DNA from: Calcarisporiella thermophila CBS 279.70 | Lineage: Eukaryota > Fungi > Calcarisporiellomycota | Reading direction: 5' to 3' | Assembly: GCF_041956535.1 (NCBI RefSeq) | Contig: NW_027192209.1 | Location: 429,341 to 493,340, forward strand | DNA: 64,000 nucleotides | Shown here: in pieces, positions 1-12,220 of the stretch | How positions within the stretch are numbered: the stretch's first letter is position 1 | How the letters are laid out: the number at the start of each line of letters is the position of its first letter | The notes under the pieces: generated by a model | The model's input: the letters and a program-made list of their open reading frames with translations, nothing else | Told to the model about the DNA's origin: nothing | Databases searched by the model: none | Program-made: the position numbers and the translations under genes

Positions 1-471
1 CCCACTTTTTGATATTGGAAATGACGAACGGGTTAAATACGATCGGATAGAAGAAAAAGATGATAGTAAGTAACACAGCGCCTTTGCAATTTTTTATTTT
101 TTTTTTCATTCTCACCTGTATAAATTATAGGCGATGAAGCACTTGCTAGGTATTTTTCAGGACTGCGTCCATTCGAGCCACCGAATCAATCTCAAAATTT
201 CAAATTTTCTGAGCTATCTCAAGTGCAAGCAGACCAGGCTCAGTATAGCCCCTTTGTGGATATATTGGAGGCCAGTGAACTAGATGATAATTCTACAGCT
301 GTAGTGGAAGAATTTCTATCCGATGGGCTGCAACGACTATCAGTATCTCCCATGCTTCAGAAAATGGAACTTACTAGTGTGCGAAGGAAAAGAAGGTTGA
401 AGATGAACAAGCATAAATACCGGAAATTGCGAAAGCGAACAAGAGCGCTTAGAAAGCGCCTGGGTAAATAA
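1..471 (+). CDS. COX24: Mitochondrial ribosomal protein mS38 / COX24-like (DUF1713), 5' partial, spliced
   Basis: C-terminus MELTSVRRKRRLKMNKHKYRKLRKRTRALRKRLGK is the characteristic mS38/DUF1713 basic motif; stop at 469-471. Confidence 0.8.
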
Positions 472-615
472 TATCTATAATGTGTATTAATTCCCTTTTT
501 ATTCCTCTTCCTTTATTTCTCTGCAATGAGCTTTTTTTATGTTCTATTTATGTGTTGGAAAATATATAGAAGAGGGGATGTTTTTTTTGGAATAAAGAGT
601 ATATAAATAAGGTCA

Positions 616-1587
616 TTAATTCATTACAGAACGTGCTGCTTCTATTGCATTTCGCAATTTCGTCTTGTCTTTGGTATAGTGATAATCAAGCTGCTCCTGA
701 GAGTACCGGTATGGGCAGGATTTTCCTCCAACAAAAGTAGCAGCATAATCCCTCATCTCTACCCATTTTACATAATCATGAGTTTGACGCGAGAAGCCTT
801 GGTGAGTGCCTTTCCCATAAGTCCCGTATGTTTTCAGAATGTCATCCAACATCGATTTGAGTTGCTCATCCCCCTGTGGAAATGGATGTGTGAGAGGGGG
901 ATCATTGATATCCTGTAGCGGAGGGCCATCTATATCAATAATAACTTTATATGGGTATTAATGTTCACCTAGAACTGTGCTACACAAACTTTTCAGTCAT
1001 TAACTAATTTACCAACTCCTCTCAGAGCAATCCATGGTCCATAGTCTTGGTGCAAACAAAGAATCTGATTGTAGTAAGCGAGATGTGCTTCATGTGCTAA
1101 TCTTTGAAAAGCCACAAACCGCTCGTCTTTATCATAGGTATATCGCAGCTCATATTTGATATTTTTGGCACCAATAATGTTTTCTACAACTTTCTCAATA
1201 CATCGAGTAGAGTAGGTATCTACTGGATGATTATCGATACAAATGTCTTTAGAGGAGACAAGGTAATTTATGAAGATCGGCCAAAAATGTCGCGTATTTC
1301 CGATAACTAATTCAAATATTTGATATATCAATTCAATACAAAAATATCTCTGTTAATTCTTACCTACAGCTAGGGTCGATTTAGAACGACCAAAAGTAGG
1401 TAAATGGGCGGATACTGTTGGAGGCAAAGATGTATTGTACCTGAAAGAAAAATGTTTAGTAATCGGATCCTAATAAAAGGGGATATGAAATATCTAATTA
1501 CCTTTGAACTGGGAATGCCTTGACAAGGTCAAAGCCCAACGGGTATAGGAGTGCTTGAAATTCCTTAGTAATGGAACGCCAGTTCAT
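616..1587 (-). CDS. MMACHC: Cobalamin processing chaperone CblC / MMACHC-like (decyanase/dealkylase), spliced
   Basis: Exon 1 MNWRSITKEFQALLYPLGFDLVKAFPVQR|YN, then HPVDTY, AFQRLAHEAHLAYY, LCLHQDYGPWIALRGV and YRYSQEQLDYHY. These parallel human MMACHC (PFGFEVYPFQVAWYN, DPVDQC, LAQTAAHVAGAAYY, CIHPRFGGWFAIRGV, RYSEEQKAYF). GT-AG introns. Confidence 0.85.
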
Positions 1588-1948
1588 CAATAAAACTCAG
1601 GAACACTATCCATTGAAACGAATTTGAAAATCTGTGACTACTTATAACAAAAACTACGTGATAATAGAATAGATACTTGGTAGAATATTGAACAGAAAAA
1701 ACTATTTCTCAAGATAGTCTATCATACGTTAGCTAAAAGAGCAACATACGAAGGCTGATTTTATGCGTTCCTTTTCGTTTTTGCTCTTTACTTGAATGGT
1801 GAATGAAACTCTAGGAGTTATTCAAGAATATATCAGCTGTATTTAAATTTAAAAATCGTACTATATTGGAGTGAATTAATAAAAACGTATACGTGTAAAA
1901 ACCAGAGCCGTTAATACTTTTCTCAACTGGCAAATCCCTTTGTTTATT

Positions 1949-3969
1949 ATGAGCAATTCACATTTTAATAGTGTCGTATCCGAGCTTTCCTTCCCTACTT
2001 CTTCTCCCAAGCCTAGAACTCATTTGGAGCGTGCTCAATTCGCATGCACATCTCGACTCATTACTTGTTTCATTAATGAGGATTTGATCAAAGGCTATTA
2101 TCACACCCTCCCCGATAATGGCCTACGCTCTTGGTGTGTTGTTCCCATAGCTACAAATGGAGATATTTATATTATCAGTTTGAAGAATCCTCCTGTAGGT
2201 AGACGTGGGGTCTACAATTTAGAGATAACCCTGCTAGATCCACAGGACTTGATGTTTCCTTTGTACAATGTGGAAAGTGGAAAGGTAAACCAGAGGCTTT
2301 TATGCTATTAGAGGGCAGTTGGCTCGTGTTTTAAACATTTCTCCTTCTCTTCGAAAGATTGTTCCTGAATATGATCCAGTCAGCACATTTCGAAAACTAT
2401 CAAAAGCTGCTGGAGTAGAACGTAAGATATTCGAAGAGCTAGTACCGGAAATCGAGAGTACGGTTATGTATATGGGTAGTCTATGATAAACTTAGAGAGA
2501 TGAAGCCACATATTCAAAAAAATTTTTTTCATACACTAGAACATACTTTCGCAAACCGAGTTCCGGCCCCAACACTTGCCTCTTCGAGCATCGATTGGGA
2601 ACAGAGTATTATTGAGGGACACCCACACCATCCAACGCATAAAGCTCGTTGTGCTGTTCCACCTATTCCACCCATAGCCCCCGGAAGTTTTGAGTTTAAC
2701 ACGATCAAACTTCGTTTTGTCTCTGTCCCTGCAACTGAAATGAATATAAGAGGCGAGTTTCTCCAGCTTATGTTTCCTTTGCTTGAGTATGCTGGGTTCA
2801 AGAACATTCCTCAAGATAAGGTTATTATACCACTACACCCTTTACAAGTTCCAAACGTGGAAGCTCGCTTCAAGGATCGAGGAATCAATGTCTATCCTCC
2901 GGAATTCACAGTTGAAGCACGTGTGCAGGCATCCCTTCGTACCGTCGTTCTACCCGAAATTTTGCCTGGGTATGCAATTAAGCTAGCTTGTGGTATTAAC
3001 ATAACCTCGGCAATGCGAACTATTACCCCGTACACCGCACATCTCGGACCAGGGATTTCACGAGATATTATCCCTCGTCTTGAGATCGATCCCACGGTAC
3101 TCGCTGTAGAATTAGAGCCGGGAAGTGCCTGGGCACGTCACTCTGATCCCAACTACAGCAAACATCTTAGCTGCGTATTTCGGCAAGAGACGAGCGAGAT
3201 GGACCAGGAGAAGCAGGGTGAAAGAGAGATTATTTGTGCGGCTTTGGTCGAAAGGGACCCAGATGCCAATGGTTCTGAAGAAAGCGTTTTAATTCGAAGA
3301 TGGGGTCTCGATACTCGCGAAAAGGCTATGCAATTCCTTAAGCGCTACGCTAACATTGCATTCCGCGCGTTTCTTCCCCCACTACTTAAAAATGGATTTG
3401 CATTTGAAGCCCATCTACAGAATACGAAGGCATGTTTCGACCGGCAGACTGGCGAGCTAAAAAGCTTCCGAATCCGAGATTTCGGGGGAATTAAATTGCA
3501 TCAAGAAACACTGGAGCTTACGACCGGGAGAAGGGTGGAAGTACTTCCTGGAAGCGTTATTGAAGCGGAAAATGCTAAGGACACCTATAAGCTACTCCAT
3601 CATACCCTAATACAGTGTCATTTACAACAAGTGGTGCGAGCACTACAGCTCCACGCAGATGGCATTGGCTGGCAAATCGTGCGTGAAGAATTTATACAGC
3701 AAGTTCCTAGACAACACCCGCTTTTTAATGCCTGGCTTAACGAGGAGTATGTTTTGGGCAAATGCTTGATTCGAATGAAATTCGATGGTCTTTCTCGAGA
3801 TGTGTGTATATTAGTATTTTATTCTAGTTATCTATTTGCGCTTTTAACACTTTATTTCTACCAGTATATCTACAGGTTGATACCTAACATTTTGCTATAT
3901 CGACCTCCTACGGACGATCATATCAATACTAATCAAGACATTGCCTATGTGGCTGCTGAATCGAACTAG
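1949..3969 (+). CDS. rfs: NRPS-independent siderophore (NIS) synthetase, IucA/IucC family, probable rhizoferrin synthetase; 4 exons, about 600 aa
   Basis: Motifs WEQSIIEGHPHHPTHKAR, PLHPLQ, QASLRTV, IKLACGINITSAMRTI, FEAHLQN and IRDFGG; introns at about 2284-2358, 2476-2539 and 3802-3864. Confidence 0.85.
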
Positions 3970-4100
3970 ACTTCTGCAGTACAATTTAGAATATGTAAAA
4001 TATATATGGAAATAATCTAGAAAATAAAATCGAGTTAAAAAAAGAGCCTATAAACTTGTAATTTTATCAAGAGATAAAGTTGAAATACAATTTCACAACG

Positions 4101-5022
4101 ATGGGGAACACTCAACCAAAAGGACAGAGGATCACTGTGCAAGATAAGGCTATATTAGATCTGAAGATCCAGCGCGATAAACTTCATCAATACCAGAAGA
4201 GGGTAATTTGAAGCGCTTAAATTTTGACCAATGTTAAGCACTAGTAACCTTTTCCTCTTTAATTTAGATCCTACTCATCATAGATCGCGAGGTTGAAATT
4301 GCTAAGGTAGCCATCGTAAAGGGAGACAAACGTAGAGCTCTTCTTGCTCTTAAAAAGAAGAGATATCAAGAAAAACTTTTGGAAAAATCAGATGCCCATC
4401 TTATTAATCTTGAGAATCTGGTATTTTATACATTAATTCTATTTTCAAACTATTTACTAAGCTCTTTACTATAGACAAATTCTATTGAATTTGCACTGGT
4501 TGAGAAGGAAATTCTTTCAGGTCTCAAGCAAGGCAACCAGGTACTTAAGGAATTGCAGAAAGAGATGTCCGTTGAGAGTGTGGAGAAATTGATGGAGGAG
4601 ACAGCGGATGCAATAGCATACCAGAATGTAAGTGAAAAATCAGTACTAATACTAGCTATTAGAAATGGTATCTTACACTGTCAATATAATATAGGAAATT
4701 GATGAGTTACTGAGCTCCCAGATAAGCGCCCAAGATGAAGAAGATATTTTGGAACAGTTAGCACAAATTGAACTAGAGCAGAGAATAGGAAATGAGCTCC
4801 CAGAAGTGCCTACAACTGAGCCGATCAAGGATAAGGGTGAATTTTTTTCCTCAGAGTTCTGCATCTGTATATTTTGAAGTTTAATATCCTGTGCTATTTG
4901 TAGATGAAGTCCTTTCCGAAGAGGAAGAAAAGGAGAGCAAAGAGGAAAAGGTAGCATCTCGCAAAAACAAGCAGAAAGCCCAATCAAGTAGACAGCTTGA
5001 GCCCGCACTGCTAGCAGCTTAA
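4101..5022 (+). CDS. VPS20: ESCRT-III subunit Vps20/CHMP6 (Snf7 family), spliced
   Basis: Myristoylation-type start MGNT..., then ITVQDKAILDLKIQRDKLHQYQKR, ALLALKKKRYQEKLL and VEKLMEETADAIAYQ; stop 5020-5022. Confidence 0.9.
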
Positions 5023-5673
5023 GTTACTGGTGCAAATTTGTATTATATAATAAATATCACGCTACATTTTGATCAGCATCTCCTCCATTGCATTTACTAT
5101 AAAAAACTATGCTCGATCTATTCCCTCAAACCTAGCTTTACAAGACATGACCGTAAGCGATTTAAACAAAAATGGCACTTTTAATCACAGGTAGATTATA
5201 GAAAATAGTTATCGTAAACCTTACTACTTTTGGCTATTACCCCTATATTTGTTGATAGCATAACTTACACTCGCTACATTATTCGTCCACTGTCGACTGC
5301 AAACCCCTTCTATCGACTTCGTTGAGTTAATTTTCTAAGGATGTGTTGAGATAGACGAGGTGTGCAATATTAAAAAAAAAAATTGATCGAGTCAATATAC
5401 GAGCCAATAATTACATTATTCGAGCTTGATAAACCTTTCTTGAAGTATATTATGTAGCTTATAAATAGCTCTTAATCTCAATGAATTTTTTCTCAAGATC
5501 TAAGTGAAAGATTAGAACGAGTCATCAATAAGTGCATGCATTTCGTGAACTACAAATATATCTTCACCTAAATTTTTATTTTCTTTTTTTTTATAACATG
5601 ATTGGGAGCTTATATGTATTATTCAAAATGTTGAATATACGCTACTTTGCATAGTTTTTTTTAGCCCAAGTAT

Positions 5674-6315
5674 TTACCAACCCCAACTACCGCAGCCATA
5701 AGGGACTCCGTACCCGATACTTCTAACGCCACAAGGCGAGATTCCGCCAATCCTTCCAAGACCATAAGGCAAGATCCCCTGTCCAATTCCAGCTAAACCA
5801 TATGCCGAGACACCAAATCCAATCCCTCCCATGCCGCCATATGGTATACCGTGGCTAATTCCCCCGCATCGCTTCACAACGGTGTTCGTATTAGCAACGT
5901 TGTACACATTGGCGTGGTTCTCTGCATTGGTGCATTCGTTAGCTTTGACATTAGCAGCAAGGTTCGCACGATGCTTGCAGCAGCTATCCAAGTCGGCACC
6001 ATTGGCATAATACGCGTTGTTGTAAACCCTAGGATAGCAGCCATATCCTCCACATCCGCCATATCCTCCACATCCGCCATATCCTCCACATCCGCCATAT
6101 CCTCCACATCCCCCATACACATCATATCCACATGGGTAAGACACGCCATAGGCACATGGGTAGCTCAAACCGTAAACAGATGGATTGCCGATACCATACG
6201 CGCCGCAACGTTTGTCGACAAGATTTTCTTCGTCAGTGAGAGGAGTAGCGAAAGAGGGGCAGACGACGGCAAGTAGAGCAAGAGGGAGAAGTACAAGGGA
6301 AGAGTTCTTGAGCAT
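5674..6315 (-). CDS. Secreted KR-processed Gly/Tyr/Cys-rich repeat protein, family member A (213 aa, intronless)
   Basis: Signal peptide MLKNSSLVLLPLALLAVVCPSFA, propeptide ending DKR, about 4 CGGYGG units, conserved core NNAYYAN...ANLAANVKANE...NHANVYNVANTNTVVKR and a Gly-rich tail; the core is shared with 58606-59211 and 63036-63553. Confidence 0.85.
   Translation of the reverse strand: MLKNSSLVLLPLALLAVVCPSFATPLTDEENLVDKRCGAYGIGNPSVYGLSYPCAYGVSYPCGYDVYGGCGGYGGCGGYGGCGGYGGCGGYGCYPRVYNNAYYANGADLDSCCKHRANLAANVKANECTNAENHANVYNVANTNTVVKRCGGISHGIPYGGMGGIGFGVSAYGLAGIGQGILPYGLGRIGGISPCGVRSIGYGVPYGCGSWGW
6041..6112. repeat. 18-nt tandem repeat x4 encoding (CGGYGG)n on the minus strand
   Basis: ccatatcctccacatccg repeated four times, the last copy with one mismatch. 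Confidence 0.95.
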
Positions 6316-7202
6316 TTTGTCCGAGTTTGTCTTTGATTGCTTTGCTTGTTTTTTGTTTGAAGTGTTCTGAATATGTGAATTATTTTGCAAAATCCGGTCT
6401 TTATATTCTTTCCAACTCGGCACCTCCGTCATTAGTTTTATGCACTTTCAACTTGATAATATCTCTTAAACAAGAGAATTCTTATTATACTAATTGATAT
6501 CAAATGTTATTACCACATATTTGATGAACTCCCCGTCTAGGTCAAATTTAGGTAAGTAAACAGACTCTTGGAAGCTAGTTTGATATTTCAAAGTATGCAC
6601 CCTTCGCTGAATGAATTTGTGTTGAGTATAGAACTATACCATTCGTACTATCGTGTATGATGACTTTAAACCGCGCAGTTTGTTTCAGTGAGTATTAGAA
6701 TGCCTTATTCCTCTAAGAGAAATATCAAATAATTCTATATGATTAATCAAGTAAATATAGGAGAAATTGAGATATTCTGAAGCATCTCTGACTTTGGTAA
6801 GTTAAAGCGAACAATACTAAGATAGTAGAGAAGGGCAGAAAACTTTGAAGAAGCCGAATAGTTTAGCAGTATAAAAAAAATCCTTGAATATATAAAATAT
6901 TGTACATATCAATATCGGCATTATAGTTCTATAAGGCTTGGTATACACAAATTATATTTCGCATATTGTCAAAGGACTTGGCCATTTTGGTTCCGAGTTT
7001 TTTCCCCCCCCAACTTCTATTCAATCCATTCAATTTGCCGCAAGGTGACGTTACCCAAGTAGCCTTTCCTCAACCCAGCAAAAAAAACGCGTTGAATCTC
7101 CCTTTATTAGCAGACTTACCAAGTTTTCTCTTTGTTAGCAAGTTCATCTCAGCCTTTTACTTATCATTTACATTATCATTATTTTTAGCTGCCAAAGCCA
7201 AC

Positions 7203-9045
7203 ATGGTATTAAATTGAATCATCTCTCAGTTTTATTTATATGAGTCTAGATTTTAATGCAGTTACACTTCTCATAATTCATAGGATGAAGAATATGATGT
7301 CATTGTCTTGGGCACTGGCCTAACTGAATGCATTCTCTCTGGCCTTCTTTCTGTCGAAGGCAAGAAAGTGTTGCATTTGGACCGTAATGACTACTATGGA
7401 GGTGAGAGTGCTAGCTTGAACCTGACTCAAGTGAGTACTCGAGTGAAATTTGCATATATAATGAAAAGGCGGATAATAAATTAACATCATCTCATTCCTG
7501 ATTAGTTTTATCGTAAATTCCGTGATGGTCAACAACAGCCGGCTGAATTTGGGCGTGACCGCGATTGGAATATTGATCTCATCCCCAAGTTCATGATGGC
7601 TGTAATTAGATTTTCGTATATATCGCTTAAAGGAGGACTTATTCAGCCCTCTTTTTATATTAGAACGGTGAATTGGTTAAAGTCCTTGTTCACACGGATG
7701 TAACTCGCTATTTGGAATTCAAGCAAATTGCAGGTTCTTATGTCTATCGAGATGGTCGCATCTCCAAGGTTCCTGCCACAGAAATGGAGGCCGTTCGCTC
7801 TCCCCTCATGGGATTATTCGAGAAGCGTCGCGCCAAGAAGTTTTTCGAGTTCATTCAGAACTGGCGCGATGAAGATCCGGCCACTCACAATGGTATTTAA
7901 ATATATTCTAACATAAAAATTTGCATAGTCAATATTAATTCTCGTAATAGGGGTTAACCTCGACACTTTGCCAATGTCTGAACTTTACAAGAAATTTGGA
8001 CTTGAGCCTGGTACCCAAGACTTCATTGGCCATTCGCTAGCACTCCACTTCAATGATGAATACTTGAACCGTCCTGCTCGTGAAACTTACGATCGGATTA
8101 TGCTCTATATGTCATCCATGGCCCGTTACGGAAAAAGTCCATATATTTATCCTCTATATGGACTGGGCGAATTGCCACAAGGATTTGCACGGTAAATGTA
8201 TTCCAGTAATTTTTGAGCTTTAAAGAATTACAATTTTTCTCCTTATTTTTTAGTTTGAGTGCTATTTACGGAGGCACATATATGTTGGACAAGAAGGTTG
8301 ATGAAATCGTGTTTGATGAATCTGGAAAGGTTTGCGGTGTGCGCGCCGGGGACGAGGTAAGTTCTTATGCTATAGTAGGCTGTCGATTTGTTTGACCGGA
8401 TTTGTTTCCATCGTTATAGACCGCCAAGTGCAAAGCCGTCATTTGTGATCCTTCTTATGCCCCGAATAAGGCGCGAAAAGTCGACTCAGTGGTGCGGGCT
8501 ATTTGCATCCTTAAGCATCCTATCCCTAACACGGATAATGCTGACTCCGTGCAATTGATCATCCCCCAGAATCAAGTCGGTCGCAAGCATGGTGAGAACT
8601 GGTTATCTCATATCATGACAATCATATCTTGCTCAATTCCATGTTATTTCTAGACATTTACATTGCATGTGTATCGGCTGCCCACAATGTTTGCGCTAAA
8701 GACTATTATTTGGCGATTGTGTCGACCATCATTGAGACGGACAATCCGGAAAAGGAGATTCAGCCTGGATTGAATCTGCTTGGCCCGATTGTTGAACAGT
8801 GAGTCAACCTCCTTCATTACCAGTATTAAGGGTCGTTATGCTTACATGCACTTGGTAGATTTATTTCGGTTTCCCCTATTGAAGAGCCTATTGCAGACGG
8901 CACGCAAGACCAACTCTTCATCTCGCGAAGCTACGACGCAACTTCGCATTTTGAAAGCGTGTGCGACGACGTCAAGGATGTTTACCGTCGTTTGACAGGC
9001 AAGGAGTTGGTGTTGAAGCAGCGCCCAAATGAGGCCGAGGCATAA
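7203..9045 (+). CDS. GDI1: Rab GDP-dissociation inhibitor, multi-exon (first coding exon is ATG only)
   Basis: M|[80 protein letters not shown] and SYDATSHFE. Confidence 0.97.
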
Positions 9046-9326
9046 ATAGTTAGCAATCTTCCACATTTCTCTTTTTTTTTTCACTTTTTTTCTTATATTT
9101 TTTTGATACAGTATAAAGATCTGAAATAAATATTTCGAATAAAGTTTTAATTTTTTTTTTAAATTCAGCACTCTTCGATTTTTTTTTTGTAACCCGAGCG
9201 TTAGACCCATTAGGTCAAAGGGTAAAGAGGGTGATTTGAATAACATAGGTAAGTGAAAATCCAGAAAAACCACTAATAAATGTTTACCATTAGGATGTGA
9301 TTGCTTTCTTCATCATATTTTTAAAA

Positions 9327-10084
9327 ATGATTCGATGTTTACTCACATTACTTCTCTTAGCGCCTGCATTTGCGCAAAACCAAACCTCCTCAGATGCCCC
9401 TTCTAATACCCCGATTAACATCCAAAACACTACGCTCCCTTTCTTGCTCGAAGGCGGGGCCAATGCTTCCGTTTCACTCTCTTTCAACGAAAATAAGACT
9501 TCCATAAGTCTATTCCTCCAGCCTTCTGCCAACGACACTCTCGAGCCTCGGTGTATGACTTTATTTTTCAACGCTCCACGTCTTGCAGATGAAGCAACTA
9601 AAGGCAAAACGACGGACAATAAAGAGGCGAATACAAGAGCATGCAATTTTAAGGGATGGGATGCAGATTGTGCCGATCATATTAGAATCAATGGCTGTGC
9701 TCCGGGGGGCCTTGTTTACACGTTGCCACCGACATGCGAGCAACGAGACATGATTGCAAGTACGTATATATTGAGACACTTAATATGTTAGGGAGAGACT
9801 AAAAAGATGACATGTTTTATTCATTAGTTCCGATTAATATAACGGGCGTGGTGGGTAAAAACAACCCTGCTCAACCCATCTTCACAAGCACAACGTCTCT
9901 AGGGATGCGCATGCTTTCTAACTCGTCAGTTGCGATAGCATGGACTCGCGGTTCTGGAAATATGCAGACATCTACAACACTCACATGCAACAATGTCATC
10001 GCAAATGCTTCGATTAAATCATCGACCTTAGCTATGGGATGGATATTGATTCTGGTCGTAGCAAGTTCAGCTATACTTCTCTAG
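9327..10084 (+). CDS. Secreted, probably GPI/membrane-anchored hypothetical glycoprotein, 1 intron
   Basis: Signal peptide MIRCLLTLLLLAPAFA, several N-glycosylation sequons, several Cys, hydrophobic C-terminus (MGWILILVVASSAILL); intron about 9760-9827. Confidence 0.65.
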
Positions 10085-10576
10085 AAAAGCTATATATATA
10101 GTTAGATATCATTATATTGTACTTTTTAGCGACTTCGTTTTGTCAATCCTCTATCCTTTCTATTATTAGAGAGGGAAAGAAAAAAATATAGACCTTCAAT
10201 GCAAAATTTGGTTATTGATATCGACACAGCTTGAGATTAAATCATCCTCTTGATAGTTTCTTTCAAATTATCGTTGCAGTTTTTCACGAGATGATCCTGG
10301 TTTGATGGGTATAGCCCCGATTGTTCACAAGCATTAGTAAGCTCTCTAGTAATTAGTTTTGATATCTCATTTTTCAGTAGGGGAAACCAATAAGACCAAT
10401 GATGTTATTTTGACAGAAATGATCAGACAGAAGAGAGCAAAGCATAAATGAAAACGCTTTCAAACAGAATGATTTTTATTAGTATGAAGGCTGTGAGCAG
10501 ATTTACTACTGGAGCCCGCGTGCTCTTTTTCAAACATTGGAAGAGCCACGAATTTTTTTGGCGGGGGGTCAGGAGT

Positions 10577-11433
10577 TTACTTATTGGCAGGTTTCATGGT
10601 TTCCTTGCAGAGTTCAAATTCACCCACAACAGACTTGAACTGCTCAATGTTCTTACACATGGTAAAGTGGCGCGTCACATTTTGGTAGTCTTTGCGGAAT
10701 TCTTCCTCAAAGAGGAATTGGAAGCCAAACTTCAGTGAGGTGAAAACGGCGATATCCGCGAGGGTGATGGACTCACCAACCATATAGGTATGGCTGGCCA
10801 GGTGCTTGTCCAGACTGGCAAGTGCACGTTTGAGCGCGGTAATCGCCTTTTGATGCACAAACTCGTTGTATTGCATGTAGCCCATAAGAGGGCCACTCCA
10901 TGCGGAAATGTGGGGGTTGAATTCATTTTCCGAATACAGAATCCACTGCCAGATCTGAGATGCCTCTTGTTTGTCTCGGCCAAGCAGGGGATTGTTATCT
11001 TTGGAGTTCGCAACTAGAAAAAGTACACACAGCCCGGATTAAATTCGCGTGCGTAAACAGTATTGCGAAAATAGATTTACCGTGGAACGCGATAGCGCTG
11101 CTTTCAAATAGCTTTAGCCCATCGGCGCCCTCAAAAGCCGGGACCTATAAGCAAGGTCAATTGTTTTCATTTCTCTCGTAATGTGCATTTCCAATGGTAA
11201 AATTCACCTTGCCAAGTGGGAACTTGGCGAGGAATTCCTTCGTATAATTGGTCTTGCCCATTTCGAAGTCGCCATCGATTTCTAACTCAGCACCACTATA
11301 CTTGGCAGTGATGAGAATTTTCGCCACGCGTGGGTTGTGGGGGTAGGTGTAGAGTTTCTGTTATTACAGCATTCAATGTCGTGTTAATTATGAATTACTG
11401 AATATAAATCATAATACTCACACCGAAGACCAT
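10577..11433 (-). CDS. Glutathione S-transferase-fold protein similar to the eEF1B-gamma N-terminal domain, spliced
   Basis: KLYTYPHNPRVAKILITAKY, EFLAKFPLGK|VPAFEGADGLKLFESSAIA and LDKHLASHTYMVGESITLADI; the ORF stops after ELCKETMKPA with no EF1G C-terminal domain. Confidence 0.8.
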
Positions 11434-12220
11434 TGTTCTCAAAAATTTTTAGAAAAAACCTGGGAATTAATTCTCGCCACATTTTCTCACCTTTTTACGC
11501 GCTCGATGGGGCGCATTTTTTCCGCAGCTAAGCTGAAGGGCTGAGGTTAAGTTCATTACTTGTTATGTATATATCAAGCGTGAGGTTGGGAGGACCAGAG
11601 GCAACAAAGAATTCAATTGGGATAGAGCAAAAGGAGGCAAAATGTGGCAGCGGTCGCGTTCCGAAGCTTCAAATTCAAGGATCAACAATAGAAAGAGTAG
11701 AAAGATCGCGCCTGATCCAGGAGGAAGACTAGCCCTTGCAAAGATTCTTAGTCCTTTCTATACTTTCTATTGTTTGAACTCTTTTTCCTAATCTTTGACT
11801 TAGTCTTCTGCTGCCTGGCATCAAACTACACCGAATCCAATGGTATATCTTGGATTGGTAACTTGGTATGCCGTCTACCCTAAGCCTCCTTTTTACGCTA
11901 GTATTTTCCCATCATGATTCCATACTCACGGAGGTTTAAGAGCAGAGTAATAATAGGCATAACTTGGACCAAAACCCTCAACCCAAACTGAGAAATTAGC
12001 GAGAAATTAAAATGGGCATCTCATATTTTCGGATGGATCGGACACGTATTCCTATTCAGTTGCAATTCGAATCAAATTCAGGTGGAGTTCAAAAGTGAAC
12101 GCGTTCCTTAGCAATCATCTCTTCTCCCCTAGCTATCGGTTGAGGTTTAGATTGATAAATCGGCTCGCACTCCTACTGAATCTTTTCCTCACCTAATATT
12201 CACTTCTTCAGAACCTCACC

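Noticed and set aside
5851-6276. Antisense and alternative-frame ORFs over the KR-family genes (also 58551-59220 and 63011-63614), e.g. DVEDMA, SGDIPA and VYRHLP repeats
   Set aside because: Shadows of the 18-nt coding repeats; they lack signal peptides and the coherent KR-bounded architecture.
6316-6432. Upstream extensions of ORFs 5674..6432, 58606..59421 and 62912..63553
   Set aside because: The true starts are the ATGs before the signal peptides (6315, 59211, 63036). The 62912 ORF only exists because the frameshift joins 5' sequence to the core frame.
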